Shown here piece by piece: positions 35,142 to 45,148 of a stretch of 64,000 bases of DNA (its first letter is position 1; the number at the start of each line of letters is the position of its first letter). Below the pieces are notes generated by a model. That model made no database searches. It saw only the letters and a list, made by a program, of their open reading frames with translations, and was not told the origin of the DNA. Position numbers and translations under genes: made by a program. The stretch covers positions 1-64,000 of the forward strand of contig JBEKTZ010000016.1 in assembly GCA_049515535.1 (NCBI GenBank), written 5' to 3'. Source of the stretch: Candidatus Aminicenantales bacterium (lineage in GTDB: Bacteria > Acidobacteriota > Aminicenantia > Aminicenantales > UBA4085).

Positions 35142-37171
35142 GCCTGAGGAAACGGCGGGGCGATTATAAGCTGAAAGCGGCCCGCTTGATCCGCCCCGTG
35201 CTCGTGATCCTCCTCGCGACGATCGTCCTTGTCATCCTGGGTTATCTCGTCCGCCAGATCCTTCAGTCGCGGCGCGCCGAACCCCCCCTAAAAAAAATCG
35301 GTCAAAAAAAAGTCGAACAGAGGGATCAGGTCCGGGTTTTCCAGTATCATAAAGATAAGGGATTGATCGAGGCCAAGGGCGATCGGAATTATCCCCAGGA
35401 CGAAAACACCATGCGCCTCGAAGGGCACGTCGAGGTTCTCGACCGCGGGCGGCAGGGCGGCCGCGAGATCAAGATGACAGGGGACCTCCTCGCGTATGAC
35501 AAGGAAATGGCCCATTTCTTTTTCAAGGGAAACGTCCGGGTTCAATTCAAGAATGTGACGATAGAAGGCCCGGAGTTCGAGTATAACCGGGCGGAAGACT
35601 TCATGAAGACATCGAGCGGCGTGAAAATCGCCTCTCCGACATTCAGCGGCTCTTCGAAAAAAGCCCTGTTTTTCGTGAAGGACGAGGGGCTGATCCTCGA
35701 AGAGGACCTCCAATTGACCGTCCGGCTGCGGCTCCCGACGGCGGACGGGGCCCCGGGCTTTGCCCGGAGGTCCACTTCCGCCGCGAAGGCTCGTCCCTTG
35801 ACTTCGGAGCCGTTCGTCCTGACCGGAAATAAGCTGACGTACGCTTTCCGGGATCGGCGGGGCAAGATGGAGGGGAATCTCGACATCGTCCACGGCCAGA
35901 GCCACGGCACGGCCGACAACGTCTATTTCGAGTTGTTCGATAAAACAGAGGAATTGAGGATCCTGAGGATTTCCGGCGGGGTCAAGCTCAACCTCGAGGA
36001 GCCCCGAAGGGCCGCCAAAAAGCCGCGCGCCGAAAAGACCCCCCCGCCGTCCCAGGTTCAGGAGCCGTCGATCAACCGGGAATTCCGTCTGGACTTGAGC
36101 GTGAGGCAGGCGATCGAGGCCGATGATATCAAACTGCAGGCTTATCTGAACAAGCCTCTCTTGCGCCTCATAGAATGCCGTGGGCACAGTTCCATTAAAT
36201 TTGACTTCGACTCGGGAGAAGCGACGCGGATCCAGGGCGATGACCTCGATCTGAATTTCAACACGGACGGAAGCTTCCGGGCCCTGAGCGTGGTCCGGGA
36301 GGCCCGCATCTCCGCCCTGGACAAGGACGGGAAGATTGTTCGCCTGATCGAAGGGACGGCCATGGCTTTGGACGTGGAAAACCGCATCCTGCGTGTCGGG
36401 GGAGAAGAAAGCCGGAGGGCGAGGATTTTTTCCTCCCAGAGCGACGTGTCCGGCGACGAGATTTCGATCCTGATCAGGCTGGACGACTTCGAAGCCAAAG
36501 GAAACGTCCAGATGAACTTCCGGCCGTCGCCGACGGAGGCTGAAGACCGGGGCTTTTTTTCCAGGGAAAAGCCCATCTTCGCGACCGCCCAGGGTCTGAG
36601 ATATTCTAGCCAGTCCAAGCGTTTCTTATTATGGGAGCGAGTGAGGACCTGGCAGGACAAGAGAATGCTCTCGGCCCAGGAGATCATCGTCGCTGAGGAC
36701 GCGGGCGACATCACCTGCCAGGGTGGCGTCCAATCCGTCTTTCCTCATACGCCCAAGGGCAAAGATAAGGAACAGCGCGTGGAGATCTCGGCCGGTAAAA
36801 TGCGCTTCGACCACGAGTCCAGCCAGGTGATCTACGAGGACAATTGTATTATGAAATCGGGAGCCGCCGTCCTGCAATGCGGGCTGATCACGGTCAATCC
36901 GGGGATCGGAGGCGGCGAAGTCCGCTCGATGCGCGCCGTCAAGGGGGGCGCCAAGGCCGTCACGATCGTGATGATCGAGAAAGAAGGGACCGGGGAGATC
37001 GCGGAATACGATGTCGAGAAGGATACGATCACGCTCACCGGCCGGCCCGAGCTGAAAGAGAAGGACAAAGGGACCGTTAAGGGGGATAAATTGACTTTCT
37101 ACCTGACCGATGGTAAAATCCTCGTCGAGACGAGGGATCAAGAACGGCCGGTGTCAGTCATCAAATCGTGA
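35138..37171 (+). CDS. Large LptC/LptA (OstA-like) multi-jellyroll protein, with a 21-aa repeat-derived insert
   Basis: N-terminal TM anchor, beta-rich body, LptA-like C-terminus (ITLTGRPEL..TVKGDKLTFY); directly upstream of lptB. Confidence 0.8.
   Translation: MSLRKRRGDYKLKAARLIRPVLVILLATIVLVILGYLVRQILQSRRAEPPLKKIGQKKVEQRDQVRVFQYHKDKGLIEAKGDRNYPQDENTMRLEGHVEVLDRGRQGGREIKMTGDLLAYDKEMAHFFFKGNVRVQFKNVTIEGPEFEYNRAEDFMKTSSGVKIASPTFSGSSKKALFFVKDEGLILEEDLQLTVRLRLPTADGAPGFARRSTSAAKARPLTSEPFVLTGNKLTYAFRDRRGKMEGNLDIVHGQSHGTADNVYFELFDKTEELRILRISGGVKLNLEEPRRAAKKPRAEKTPPPSQVQEPSINREFRLDLSVRQAIEADDIKLQAYLNKPLLRLIECRGHSSIKFDFDSGEATRIQGDDLDLNFNTDGSFRALSVVREARISALDKDGKIVRLIEGTAMALDVENRILRVGGEESRRARIFSSQSDVSGDEISILIRLDDFEAKGNVQMNFRPSPTEAEDRGFFSREKPIFATAQGLRYSSQSKRFLLWERVRTWQDKRMLSAQEIIVAEDAGDITCQGGVQSVFPHTPKGKDKEQRVEISAGKMRFDHESSQVIYEDNCIMKSGAAVLQCGLITVNPGIGGGEVRSMRAVKGGAKAVTIVMIEKEGTGEIAEYDVEKDTITLTGRPELKEKDKGTVKGDKLTFYLTDGKILVETRDQERPVSVIKS
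35738..35802. repeat. Palindromic repeat copy C (63 bp net), in frame in the lptC/A-like gene
   Basis: Encodes (T)[21 protein letters not shown]; opposite orientation relative to its host gene compared with copy B. Confidence 0.92.
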
Positions 37172-37174
37172 CCG

Positions 37175-37900
37175 ATGAAATCCTGTTTGAAGGCCGTCCA
37201 TCTGGCCAAAAGCTACCGCGGAAAGAAGGTCGTGGATGACGTTTCCGTAGAGATCCGCAGGGGGGAAATCGTCGGCCTTCTCGGGCCGAACGGAGCCGGC
37301 AAGACGACGACGTTTTTTTTGATGCTGGGCCTCGTCCCCCGCGATTCCGGACGGATCTTTGTGGACGAAGAAGAAATCACCGATTACCCAATGTATATCC
37401 GGGCGCAGCGAGGCATCTGCCTTCTTCCCCAGGATCCTTCCGCGTTCCGGAAGCTGACCGTCGAAGACAATCTCCTGGCGATCATGGAGACCATGCCGGG
37501 GGACCGGTTGCAGCGGTCCGAAACGGTGGAGAAAATGCTGCGGGAGTTCGGGCTGGCAAAGCTCGGCCGGGCCAAAGCCTATACCCTTTCGGGCGGCGAG
37601 CGGCGGCGGCTCGAAATCGCGCGGGCCATGATCTCCGGCCCGGAATTCATGCTTCTGGACGAGCCTTTTACCGGAATCGACCCGATCGCCGTCCAGGAAC
37701 TGCAGAAGATCATCCGGTCCATGAAAGAGAAAGGACTCGGCATCCTGATCACGGACCACAGCGTCCGCGAAACGCTGAAGATCGTTGATCGGGCCTATAT
37801 CATCGACAAAGGCCGAATCCTCAAGGAAGGCGAGCCGCGGGAAATCGTCGCCTCGGAGGACGTGAGACGGAGCTATCTCGGCGAGGGCTTCCGGCTGTGA
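37175..37900 (+). CDS. lptB: LPS export ABC ATPase
   Basis: GLLGPNGAGKTTTF, LSGGERRRLEIARA, LLDEPFTGIDP, ITDHSVRETL. Confidence 0.95.
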   Translation: MKSCLKAVHLAKSYRGKKVVDDVSVEIRRGEIVGLLGPNGAGKTTTFFLMLGLVPRDSGRIFVDEEEITDYPMYIRAQRGICLLPQDPSAFRKLTVEDNLLAIMETMPGDRLQRSETVEKMLREFGLAKLGRAKAYTLSGGERRRLEIARAMISGPEFMLLDEPFTGIDPIAVQELQKIIRSMKEKGLGILITDHSVRETLKIVDRAYIIDKGRILKEGEPREIVASEDVRRSYLGEGFRL

Positions 37901-37925
37901 TGACGGTCATGATAGGGCGCGAACG

Positions 37926-39437
37926 ATGATCATGAAACAGCGGCTTGACCAGCGGCAGGTCCAAAAATTGATCCTGGCTCCCGCCCTGCAGCAGGCCATC
38001 AAGCTTCTGCCCTTGACCAATCTGGAGCTGATCGAGGTCATCGACGAAGAGCTCTCCGAGAACCCTCTCCTCGAGCTCGAAGAAGAGACCGACGAAAAAA
38101 AAGCGGAGTCCGAACCGGAAGTCGCGGGGGCCGAAGCCGGCGAGGCGGAGCCGGAAACGGCCACAGCCGCATCTACGGACCGCGAGGCCGAACAAACGGC
38201 GCCGGACGAGGGCGCGGAGGAAGGCGGGGAGACCCGCGAAGATCTCGAATTCGAGTCGCACTTCCAGGAATATATCGATGACGGATTCCGCCCTTTTTCG
38301 CAGGAAATCAAAGACGTCCCCTCCCTCGAAAATACGCTGGCCAAAGCGACCTCGCTCTGGGACCATTTGAACTGGCAGGCGAATCTGACCTTCTTCGATC
38401 CCGCCGACCGGGAGATCGCGGAACGCATCATCGGCAACATCAACGAGGACGGCTACCTCATCTCTTCCATCGAGGAAATCGCCCAGGCCGCGGGCGTCCC
38501 GGCCGACAAGGTGAACGAGATCCGGGACAAAATCAAGATGTTCGATCCGGTCGGCGTGGGGAGTCTCAATCTCAAGGAGTGTCTGCTGGCCCAGATGAAC
38601 CATCTCCAGATCAAGGACGAGATCGTCCGGACGATCATCCAGGACCATCTGCCGCTTCTCGAGAGGTCCGATTTTTCCCAGCTGGCGAAACTTCTGGGCG
38701 TCCCCTTCGCTTCGGTCAAGTATCACATCGAGATCATCAGGCGGCTGGACCCGACGCCGGGCCGCAAATACAGCGAGGACCGGACGGTCTACGCCGTCCC
38801 CGACATCATCGTGGCCAAGGAAGACGATGAATTGAAGATCTCTCTCAACGACGAAGGTTTGCCCCGCCTTCGGATCAACGCCTATTACAAAACGCTGCTG
38901 GCCAAGGCCCTCAAGGAAAACCCCGAGGCCTACCGCTACATGAAGGACAAGTTGAAGAAGGCGCTCTGGTTCCTCCGCAGCCTGGACCAGCGCAACCAGA
39001 CGATCTACAAGGTGGCCCGCTATATCGTCGACAAACAGCGGGATTTCATCGAAAAAGGAATGGATTTCCTCAAGCCTCTGACGCTCATGGAGATCGCCCA
39101 GGAGATCGGCGTCCACGAATCGACGGTGGGCCGGGTCGTGGCCAACAAGTTCATCCTTACTCCGCGCGGCGTTTTTTCCATGAAATATTTCTTCCATAAG
39201 GCCCTCCACGGCGATTTCGGCGAGGACATCTCGTCGCTGCGGATCAAGGAGCGCCTCCGGAAGCTCGTCGAATCCGAAGACAAGAACAACCCGCTGAGCG
39301 ACGCGGAGATCGAGGATATCCTGGCCCGGGAAAATTTCAATATCGCCCGTCGGACGGTGGCCAAGTATCGCAAACAGCTGAAAATCCAGCCTTCTCATAT
39401 CCGCAAGAGAAAGTTTATAATGGAGGGGACTTCATGA
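37926..39437 (+). CDS. rpoN: RNA polymerase sigma-54
   Basis: LQQAIKLL, HESTVGR, RpoN box ARRTVAKYR. Confidence 0.97.
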   Translation: MIMKQRLDQRQVQKLILAPALQQAIKLLPLTNLELIEVIDEELSENPLLELEEETDEKKAESEPEVAGAEAGEAEPETATAASTDREAEQTAPDEGAEEGGETREDLEFESHFQEYIDDGFRPFSQEIKDVPSLENTLAKATSLWDHLNWQANLTFFDPADREIAERIIGNINEDGYLISSIEEIAQAAGVPADKVNEIRDKIKMFDPVGVGSLNLKECLLAQMNHLQIKDEIVRTIIQDHLPLLERSDFSQLAKLLGVPFASVKYHIEIIRRLDPTPGRKYSEDRTVYAVPDIIVAKEDDELKISLNDEGLPRLRINAYYKTLLAKALKENPEAYRYMKDKLKKALWFLRSLDQRNQTIYKVARYIVDKQRDFIEKGMDFLKPLTLMEIAQEIGVHESTVGRVVANKFILTPRGVFSMKYFFHKALHGDFGEDISSLRIKERLRKLVESEDKNNPLSDAEIEDILARENFNIARRTVAKYRKQLKIQPSHIRKRKFIMEGTS

Positions 39438-39961
39438 AGATCCATTACACGGCCCGCCAAACTCCGCTCGCGCCGGACGTCAAGGAATACTGCGCACGGC
39501 GGTTGGCCGCCCTCGATAAGCTGCTCGGCTTTGTGACCGAAGTGGACGTGATCCTCTCCCACGAAAAGGACCGTCAGAAGGCCGAGATCCATGTCAAGGC
39601 CAAAGGGGCCGGGCTGATGGTCATCGAGGAGAGTCGCGACATCCTGGATTCCCTCAACCTGGCCTTCGATGCTCTCGAGAAAAAAATCAAGAAGGAACGG
39701 GAAAAGTTCCGCGAGAAAAAGCGGAGAGGGGGCCGCGAACGGAAGGCCTTCGCCCTGCCGGCCGCCGAGCCGGAAGAAAGCGAGAAGAAAATATTTCGGG
39801 CCGATTTCTTTTCGGCCAAGCCGATGACGTTCGGAGAGGCCGTCATCCAATTCGAAATCAAAAATAAGGAAGTTTTCGTCTTCCGGACGGAAGGGACCGA
39901 AAAATGGGCCGTCCTCTTCCGCCGGAAGGACGGGCACTATGGACTCGTCCGGCCAGAATGA
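39434..39961 (+). CDS. hpf: Ribosome hibernation promoting factor (long HPF)
   Basis: HPF-like N-terminus, C-terminal KPMT..EA..FVF..RRKDGHYG; follows rpoN. Confidence 0.88.
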   Translation: MKIHYTARQTPLAPDVKEYCARRLAALDKLLGFVTEVDVILSHEKDRQKAEIHVKAKGAGLMVIEESRDILDSLNLAFDALEKKIKKEREKFREKKRRGGRERKAFALPAAEPEESEKKIFRADFFSAKPMTFGEAVIQFEIKNKEVFVFRTEGTEKWAVLFRRKDGHYGLVRPE

Positions 39962-40452
39962 GGAATCCCGCGCCGACCCCGCCCGTGAAGATCCATGAGC
40001 TCCTGCGCGAGCCCCTGATCCTCCCCGATCTTCCCGCGGACGACGGCGAAAGCGCGCTGAAGGAAATGTCCAGGCTCCTGGCCGGATATGATAAGACGTT
40101 CGACGAAAAGAGGATTTACGAGAATCTCCTCCAACGGGAAAGCCTGGGGAGCACCGCGATCGGGGAAGGATTCGCCCTGCCCCACTGCAAGGTCAGCGGC
40201 CTGGACGAGCCGGTGATCGTCCTTGCCGTGTCCCAAAAAGGCGTGCCTTTCAGGGCCATGGACGGGAAACCGGCCCGCGTCTTTTTTCTCGTGGTCAGCT
40301 CCGCCGAGAACCCCGGCCCGAATCTCCGGGTCCTGGCCGCCGCGGCGCGCCTCATCCGGGGCTCTCGTTCGCTCCTCAAAAAAATGCTGAAGGCCCGGAC
40401 CACCCGGACCCTTTTGGATATCGTCCGGGAGGAGGAAGAGAAAATCTCTTGA
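39958..40452 (+). CDS. ptsN: PTS IIA (Ntr/fructose type)
   Basis: RESLGSTAIGEGFALPH. Confidence 0.88.
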   Translation: MRNPAPTPPVKIHELLREPLILPDLPADDGESALKEMSRLLAGYDKTFDEKRIYENLLQRESLGSTAIGEGFALPHCKVSGLDEPVIVLAVSQKGVPFRAMDGKPARVFFLVVSSAENPGPNLRVLAAAARLIRGSRSLLKKMLKARTTRTLLDIVREEEEKIS

Positions 40453-41012
40453 AAACGACCCGCTTGCCCCAAGCCGTGGTTTCGGGAGGACTTCTGCAGA
40501 TGTTCGGACTGGGCGTTCTGATCGTCGGCGATAGCGGCGTCGGCAAGAGCGAGAGCGCCCTCGAGCTCATCGCCCGGGGGCACCGGTTCATTACGGATGA
40601 CGTCGCTCGTGTCCGGAAAACAATCGGCGGCCGGGTCATAGGCAAAGCCCCGGCCTTGAGCCGTTTTTTCATGGAGATCCGGGGGCTCGGGATCATCAAC
40701 ATCAAGGAAATCTTCGGGGCGAAATCCATCTGCCGCGAGACGCCGATCGACCTCGTCATCAGACTGAAAAAATGGCACCGGAAGAAAGAATACGACCGGC
40801 TCGGCCTCCGTTTCCCCGAGGATTACACAATCCTCGGCGAGCGGATTCCCCAGCTCAACATTCCGGTGGCGCCGGGCCGGAACATCGCCACTCTCATGGA
40901 GGTTGCCTGCAAGGTCCATATTCTAAGAAAGCGGGGCTACCAGGCTTCGCACGAGATCGTCAAGAAGCTCGAACGGGCGCTTTCCACGGGAAAAAGAGAG
41001 GGGGGACGATGA
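40449..41012 (+). CDS. hprK: HPr kinase/phosphorylase, catalytic domain only
   Basis: GVLIVGDSGVGKSESALELIARGHRFITDD, MEIRGLGIIN, PVAPGRN. Confidence 0.9.
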   Translation: MKTTRLPQAVVSGGLLQMFGLGVLIVGDSGVGKSESALELIARGHRFITDDVARVRKTIGGRVIGKAPALSRFFMEIRGLGIINIKEIFGAKSICRETPIDLVIRLKKWHRKKEYDRLGLRFPEDYTILGERIPQLNIPVAPGRNIATLMEVACKVHILRKRGYQASHEIVKKLERALSTGKREGGR

Positions 41013-41866
41013 CGAAAGACGACCGGTTCCTTATCATCACCGGGCTGTCGGGCTCCGGAAAGACCGTGGTCAGCCATTTTCTGGAGGACCTGGGCTATTA
41101 TTGTGTCGACAATTTGCCGGCCAAGCTGATCCCCACGTTCGTCGACCTTTGGATGCGGAAAGAGGTCGAGATCGACAAAGTGGCGCTCGTCGTGGACATC
41201 CGGGAGCACGGGTTCCTGACGACCTTCCCCGAGGTCTGGGAGGACATCCGGAAAAAAATCGCGCCGAAATTGATCTTTCTCGACGCCTCGGACGAGACGC
41301 TCGTCAAGCGCTTCAGCGAGACGCGGCGTCCGCATCCTTTGGCCAGCAAATCGATCCTGCAGGGGGTTCGCCTCGAGCGCCGGCGCATGGCCCCGATCAA
41401 GACTATGGCCGACGAGGTCATCGACACGTCGGCGACGAACATCTCGCAGCTCAGGGAAGCGTTCGCCCAGAAGTTCCTGAAGAGACCGAAGCCCCGTCTC
41501 CAGGCGTCGATCGTCAGCTTCGGCTATAAATACGGGATTCCCCTGGACTCCGACCTCATCTTCGATACGCGGTTCCTTCCGAATCCGTTCTATCTGGACC
41601 ATCTCCGGGAGAAAACCGGCCAGGATCAAGACGTCCGCGATTTCATCCTCGACGCCGCGGAGACCAAGGCTTTCCTGGCGGAGCTCTTCCGGTTCATCCT
41701 CTTCATGATGCCCCGGTTCATCGCCGAGGGCAAAAGCAACCTGGTGATCTCCATCGGCTGCACGGGCGGCCGGCACCGCTCCGTCGTCATCGCCGACGAG
41801 CTCAAGGATTACCTTCAGAAGCGGAAATATGATATAAAGATTTTTCACAGGGATCTTTTCAAATGA
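41009..41866 (+). CDS. rapZ: RNase adapter RapZ/YvcJ
   Basis: TGLSGSGKT, YCVDNLP, ETRRPHPL, RFLPNP, GCTGGRHRSV. Confidence 0.95.
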   Translation: MTKDDRFLIITGLSGSGKTVVSHFLEDLGYYCVDNLPAKLIPTFVDLWMRKEVEIDKVALVVDIREHGFLTTFPEVWEDIRKKIAPKLIFLDASDETLVKRFSETRRPHPLASKSILQGVRLERRRMAPIKTMADEVIDTSATNISQLREAFAQKFLKRPKPRLQASIVSFGYKYGIPLDSDLIFDTRFLPNPFYLDHLREKTGQDQDVRDFILDAAETKAFLAELFRFILFMMPRFIAEGKSNLVISIGCTGGRHRSVVIADELKDYLQKRKYDIKIFHRDLFK

Positions 41867-42270
41867 TCGGCGGCATCATCGTTTCGCACGGGAAACTGGG
41901 GGAGGAGCTCCTCAACGCTCTGACCATCATTCTCGGCGAAGCGCCCAATATCGAGGCCATCTCGATCGGCTGGTACGACGACGTTGAGGAATCGAAGCGC
42001 AAGATCAACTTGAGCCTGAAGCGCGTCGATCAGAAAAGCGGCGTGGTGATATTCACCGACATGTTCGGGGGCACGCCGTCCAACCTCAGCTTCGCCTTCC
42101 AGAAAGACGGGACCGTCGAGATCATCACCGGCGTCAATCTCCCCATGCTCATCAAGTTCGTCTCGCTGCAGCGGTCGAACAATCTCAAGGACGTCGCGAG
42201 GAAAGTCGTCGAACAGGGCAAAAAGAATATCCACCTGGCGAGTGCGCTGCTCGGGTCCAAGGCGTCGTAG
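41863..42270 (+). CDS. PTS IIA (mannose type)
   Basis: IVSHG, TDMFGGTPSN, ITGVNLPML. Confidence 0.92.
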   Translation: MIGGIIVSHGKLGEELLNALTIILGEAPNIEAISIGWYDDVEESKRKINLSLKRVDQKSGVVIFTDMFGGTPSNLSFAFQKDGTVEIITGVNLPMLIKFVSLQRSNNLKDVARKVVEQGKKNIHLASALLGSKAS

Positions 42271-42278
42271 GCGGGGGC

Positions 42279-42548
42279 ATGATCGAACGCACGATCACCA
42301 TTAGAAACAAGTTGGGGCTGCACGCCCGCGCCGCGGTGAAATTCGTCAACACGGCCAACCGTTTCAGCGCCGACGTCCAGGTCGAGAAGGACGGCAGCCG
42401 GATCGACGGCAAAAGCATCCTGGGCATCCTGACGCTGGCCGTGACCCAGGGCTCGGATATCACCTTGAAAATCGACGGCGAAGACGCCGAAGCGGCCTGG
42501 AAGGCCCTATTCGATCTGATCGAACAGCGCTTCGGCGAGAAAGAATAA
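42279..42548 (+). CDS. ptsH: Phosphocarrier HPr
   Basis: NKLGLHARAA (His15), DGKSILG (Ser46). Confidence 0.96.
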   Translation: MIERTITIRNKLGLHARAAVKFVNTANRFSADVQVEKDGSRIDGKSILGILTLAVTQGSDITLKIDGEDAEAAWKALFDLIEQRFGEKE

Positions 42549-42554
42549 GCGATC

Positions 42555-44315
42555 ATGGATTTCACGAGGCTTCGGGGCATCGGTGTTTCTCCCGGCATCG
42601 CCATGGGAGAAGCGGTTCTGACCGAGCGGATCATCTTCACGTCGCGGAAGGAATATATCCCTCCCCACCGGGTCGAGGAAGAAATGCAGCGGCTCAAGGC
42701 GGCGATCGCCAAGACCCGCGAAAATCTGGTCGCCCTCAAAGACATGATCCGGGAGAAGATCGGCGAAGAGTACACGTTTATTTTCGACGCCCATCTCCTG
42801 ATCCTCGACGATCAATCACTGGCCGCCGGATTGGAAAAGCTGATCCGCGAGGAGAACGTCAAATCCGAGAGCGCCCTCTCCGAGATCCACGGCCGCTACC
42901 AGAAAATATTCGACGCCATCAGCGACGAATATTTCAAACAGCGCAAATCCGATGTCGCGGACGTCCTGGCCAAGATCTACCGAAACCTCGCCTCTCCGGG
43001 CGAGGAAAACGTGGACGACACCAGGGAAAAGATCCTGGTCGCCCATGATCTCCTGCCCTCGGAAGCCGCGCTCCGGCTCAGCCATGGAAACGTTCTGGCC
43101 GTGGCCCTCGACATGGGCGGGGCGACTTCGCACGCGGCCATCCTGGCCCGCTCTCTCAACATCCCCACGGTGGTCGGGCTCCACGACATCACCCAGAAGA
43201 TCAAGAGCCGCGATGTCCTGATCGTCGACGGGACGGACGGCGAGGTCATCATCAATCCGCCGCTCACGATCCAGAAGGAATTCCAGAGCAAAAGGGAAAA
43301 GTACGACAACTACCGCAAAGATCTCAAGAAGGTCGCCAAATGGAAGGCCGTGACGCTCGACGATGTCCGGTTCGCCCTCATGGCCAACATCGAGTTACCG
43401 GAGGAGATCAAACACGCCATCTCCTACGGCGCCGAGGGCGTCGGGCTCTTTCGCTCGGAATTCATTTATCTCCAGCGGTCGACCCTGCCCAGCGAGGAAG
43501 ACCATTTCGAGGTCTACGCGCGCTTGGCCAAAGAGGTGCACCCTTATCCCGTCTATATCCGGACCATCGATATCGGCGGAGAAAAAAACCTGCCGCAGCT
43601 GTCGATCGAGAAAGAGCCCAACCCGGCCCTCGGTCTGCGGGCGATCCGTTTTTCTCTCCAGAACCGGGAGTTGTTCCGCATCCAGCTCCGGGCCATCCTC
43701 CGGGCGAGCGTCCACGGGAACGTCCGTATCCTGATCCCGATGATCACCGAGCTCGAGGAGATCGGAGAGGTGAAGATCATGCTCCGGGAGGTCCAACGGG
43801 AACTCGAGGACAAGAAGATCAAGTTCGACCGGAACGTTCCGTTGGGAATCATGATCGAGGTCCCCGCGGCGGCGGCCATCGCCGATATCCTCGTCAAGGA
43901 AGTGGATTATTTCAGCATCGGGACCAACGACCTCGTCCAGTATGATCTGGCCGTGGACCGGTCGAACGAGTTCGTTTCCTATCTCTACAAGCCCTTTCAT
44001 CCCTCCGTGCTGCGCCTGGTCAAATTCGTCATCGAGTCGGCTCTCAAAGAAGGCAAGGACGTCGCCGTCTGCGGCGAGATGGCCGCCAACCCGCTCGCGG
44101 CCATGATCCTGCTCGGTTTGGGGCTCAGGAAGTTCAGCATGAATCCGATCTTCATCCCGAGAATCAAGAAAGCGCTGCGCTCGGTGGAATTCCGGACCGT
44201 GCGGCGCGTGGTGCATCAGGCCCTGGCGCTCAGGACCGCGCAGGACGTCGAGGAGGTTCTCACGGAGAAACTGCTCCTCAAGTACCCCGACGCGTTTCTC
44301 ATGATGGGGCCGTAA
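42555..44315 (+). CDS. ptsI: PTS enzyme I
   Basis: GGATSHAAILARSL, GVGLFRSEF, EPNPALGLR, SIGTNDL, CGEMA. Confidence 0.97.
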   Translation: MDFTRLRGIGVSPGIAMGEAVLTERIIFTSRKEYIPPHRVEEEMQRLKAAIAKTRENLVALKDMIREKIGEEYTFIFDAHLLILDDQSLAAGLEKLIREENVKSESALSEIHGRYQKIFDAISDEYFKQRKSDVADVLAKIYRNLASPGEENVDDTREKILVAHDLLPSEAALRLSHGNVLAVALDMGGATSHAAILARSLNIPTVVGLHDITQKIKSRDVLIVDGTDGEVIINPPLTIQKEFQSKREKYDNYRKDLKKVAKWKAVTLDDVRFALMANIELPEEIKHAISYGAEGVGLFRSEFIYLQRSTLPSEEDHFEVYARLAKEVHPYPVYIRTIDIGGEKNLPQLSIEKEPNPALGLRAIRFSLQNRELFRIQLRAILRASVHGNVRILIPMITELEEIGEVKIMLREVQRELEDKKIKFDRNVPLGIMIEVPAAAAIADILVKEVDYFSIGTNDLVQYDLAVDRSNEFVSYLYKPFHPSVLRLVKFVIESALKEGKDVAVCGEMAANPLAAMILLGLGLRKFSMNPIFIPRIKKALRSVEFRTVRRVVHQALALRTAQDVEEVLTEKLLLKYPDAFLMMGP

Positions 44316-44421
44316 TCAGGACGGAACAAACAAGCCGGATTCATCGATCATATCGGAGGCGCAAATCGCGTCTCATCTGAATTCGGGACGTCTGCTTGAT
44401 TTTTAAGAAAAGGAGAATCCT

Positions 44422-44709
44422 ATGCCGCTCAGCTCCATCATCGTCGGGACCGTCATCATCCTGTGGTCCGTCATCGTCGGCCTGGCCGTCATCGCTTTTG
44501 GACAGCTGTTGCTGGCCATCCGAGAGATCGCCTTCAACACGCGCAAAGAGGAATCGAAAGTGCCCCATTATGAGATCCTGCTGATCATGGCCAAGATCAA
44601 CAATATTCTCGGATGGCTGTTTTTGATCCTGGGCGTGGCCGCCGGCATCTATTTTGCCGTGACGGGCGCGCAGCTTTTTGTCCCGAGCGCGGCGTCGATC
44701 AAGGCGTGA
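44422..44709 (+). CDS. Small membrane protein
   Basis: SD AAGGAG, two TM helices, GQLLLAIREIAFNTR. Confidence 0.75.
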   Translation: MPLSSIIVGTVIILWSVIVGLAVIAFGQLLLAIREIAFNTRKEESKVPHYEILLIMAKINNILGWLFLILGVAAGIYFAVTGAQLFVPSAASIKA

Positions 44710-44764
44710 GCCGCGGAAGGAACGCTTCGAGCCGAAGGCCCTAAGGCCGGACTTCGCCGTCCGG

Positions 44765-45148
44765 TCATTTCCGGCCGTATTTGTCTTCGACCCTGACGAT
44801 ATCGGCTTCGTCGGAGTCACCCAGCCAGATCTCCATCACCCGGGCGGGAGCCTTCCCCACGCCGCGCAGCCGATGGATCGCTTCCCGGGGGATATAGATC
44901 TCCTCGCCCTTTTTGGGGCGCCAAACTTTATTGCCGACCGTGATCTCCAGACCCCGGTCGAGAGCGACCCAGAATTCGCTTCGGCGATGATGGTATTGAA
45001 GAGAGAGGGACGCGCCGGGATTGACCGTGATGATCTTGATGCTGGCGGCGTATTGATGAGGATAAAGGCGGAACTTTCCCCAAGGACGGATGCCTTCGAC
45101 GATTCGGGCGCGAAAGCCTTTTTCCTCGTCAGAAGGGAACTTCGTCAT
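44765..45148 (-). CDS. Cupin, mannose-6-phosphate isomerase type II C-terminal-like
   Basis: RPWG, LSLQYHHRRSEFW, HRL, DIVRVEDKYGR. Confidence 0.88.
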   Translation of the reverse strand: MTKFPSDEEKGFRARIVEGIRPWGKFRLYPHQYAASIKIITVNPGASLSLQYHHRRSEFWVALDRGLEITVGNKVWRPKKGEEIYIPREAIHRLRGVGKAPARVMEIWLGDSDEADIVRVEDKYGRK

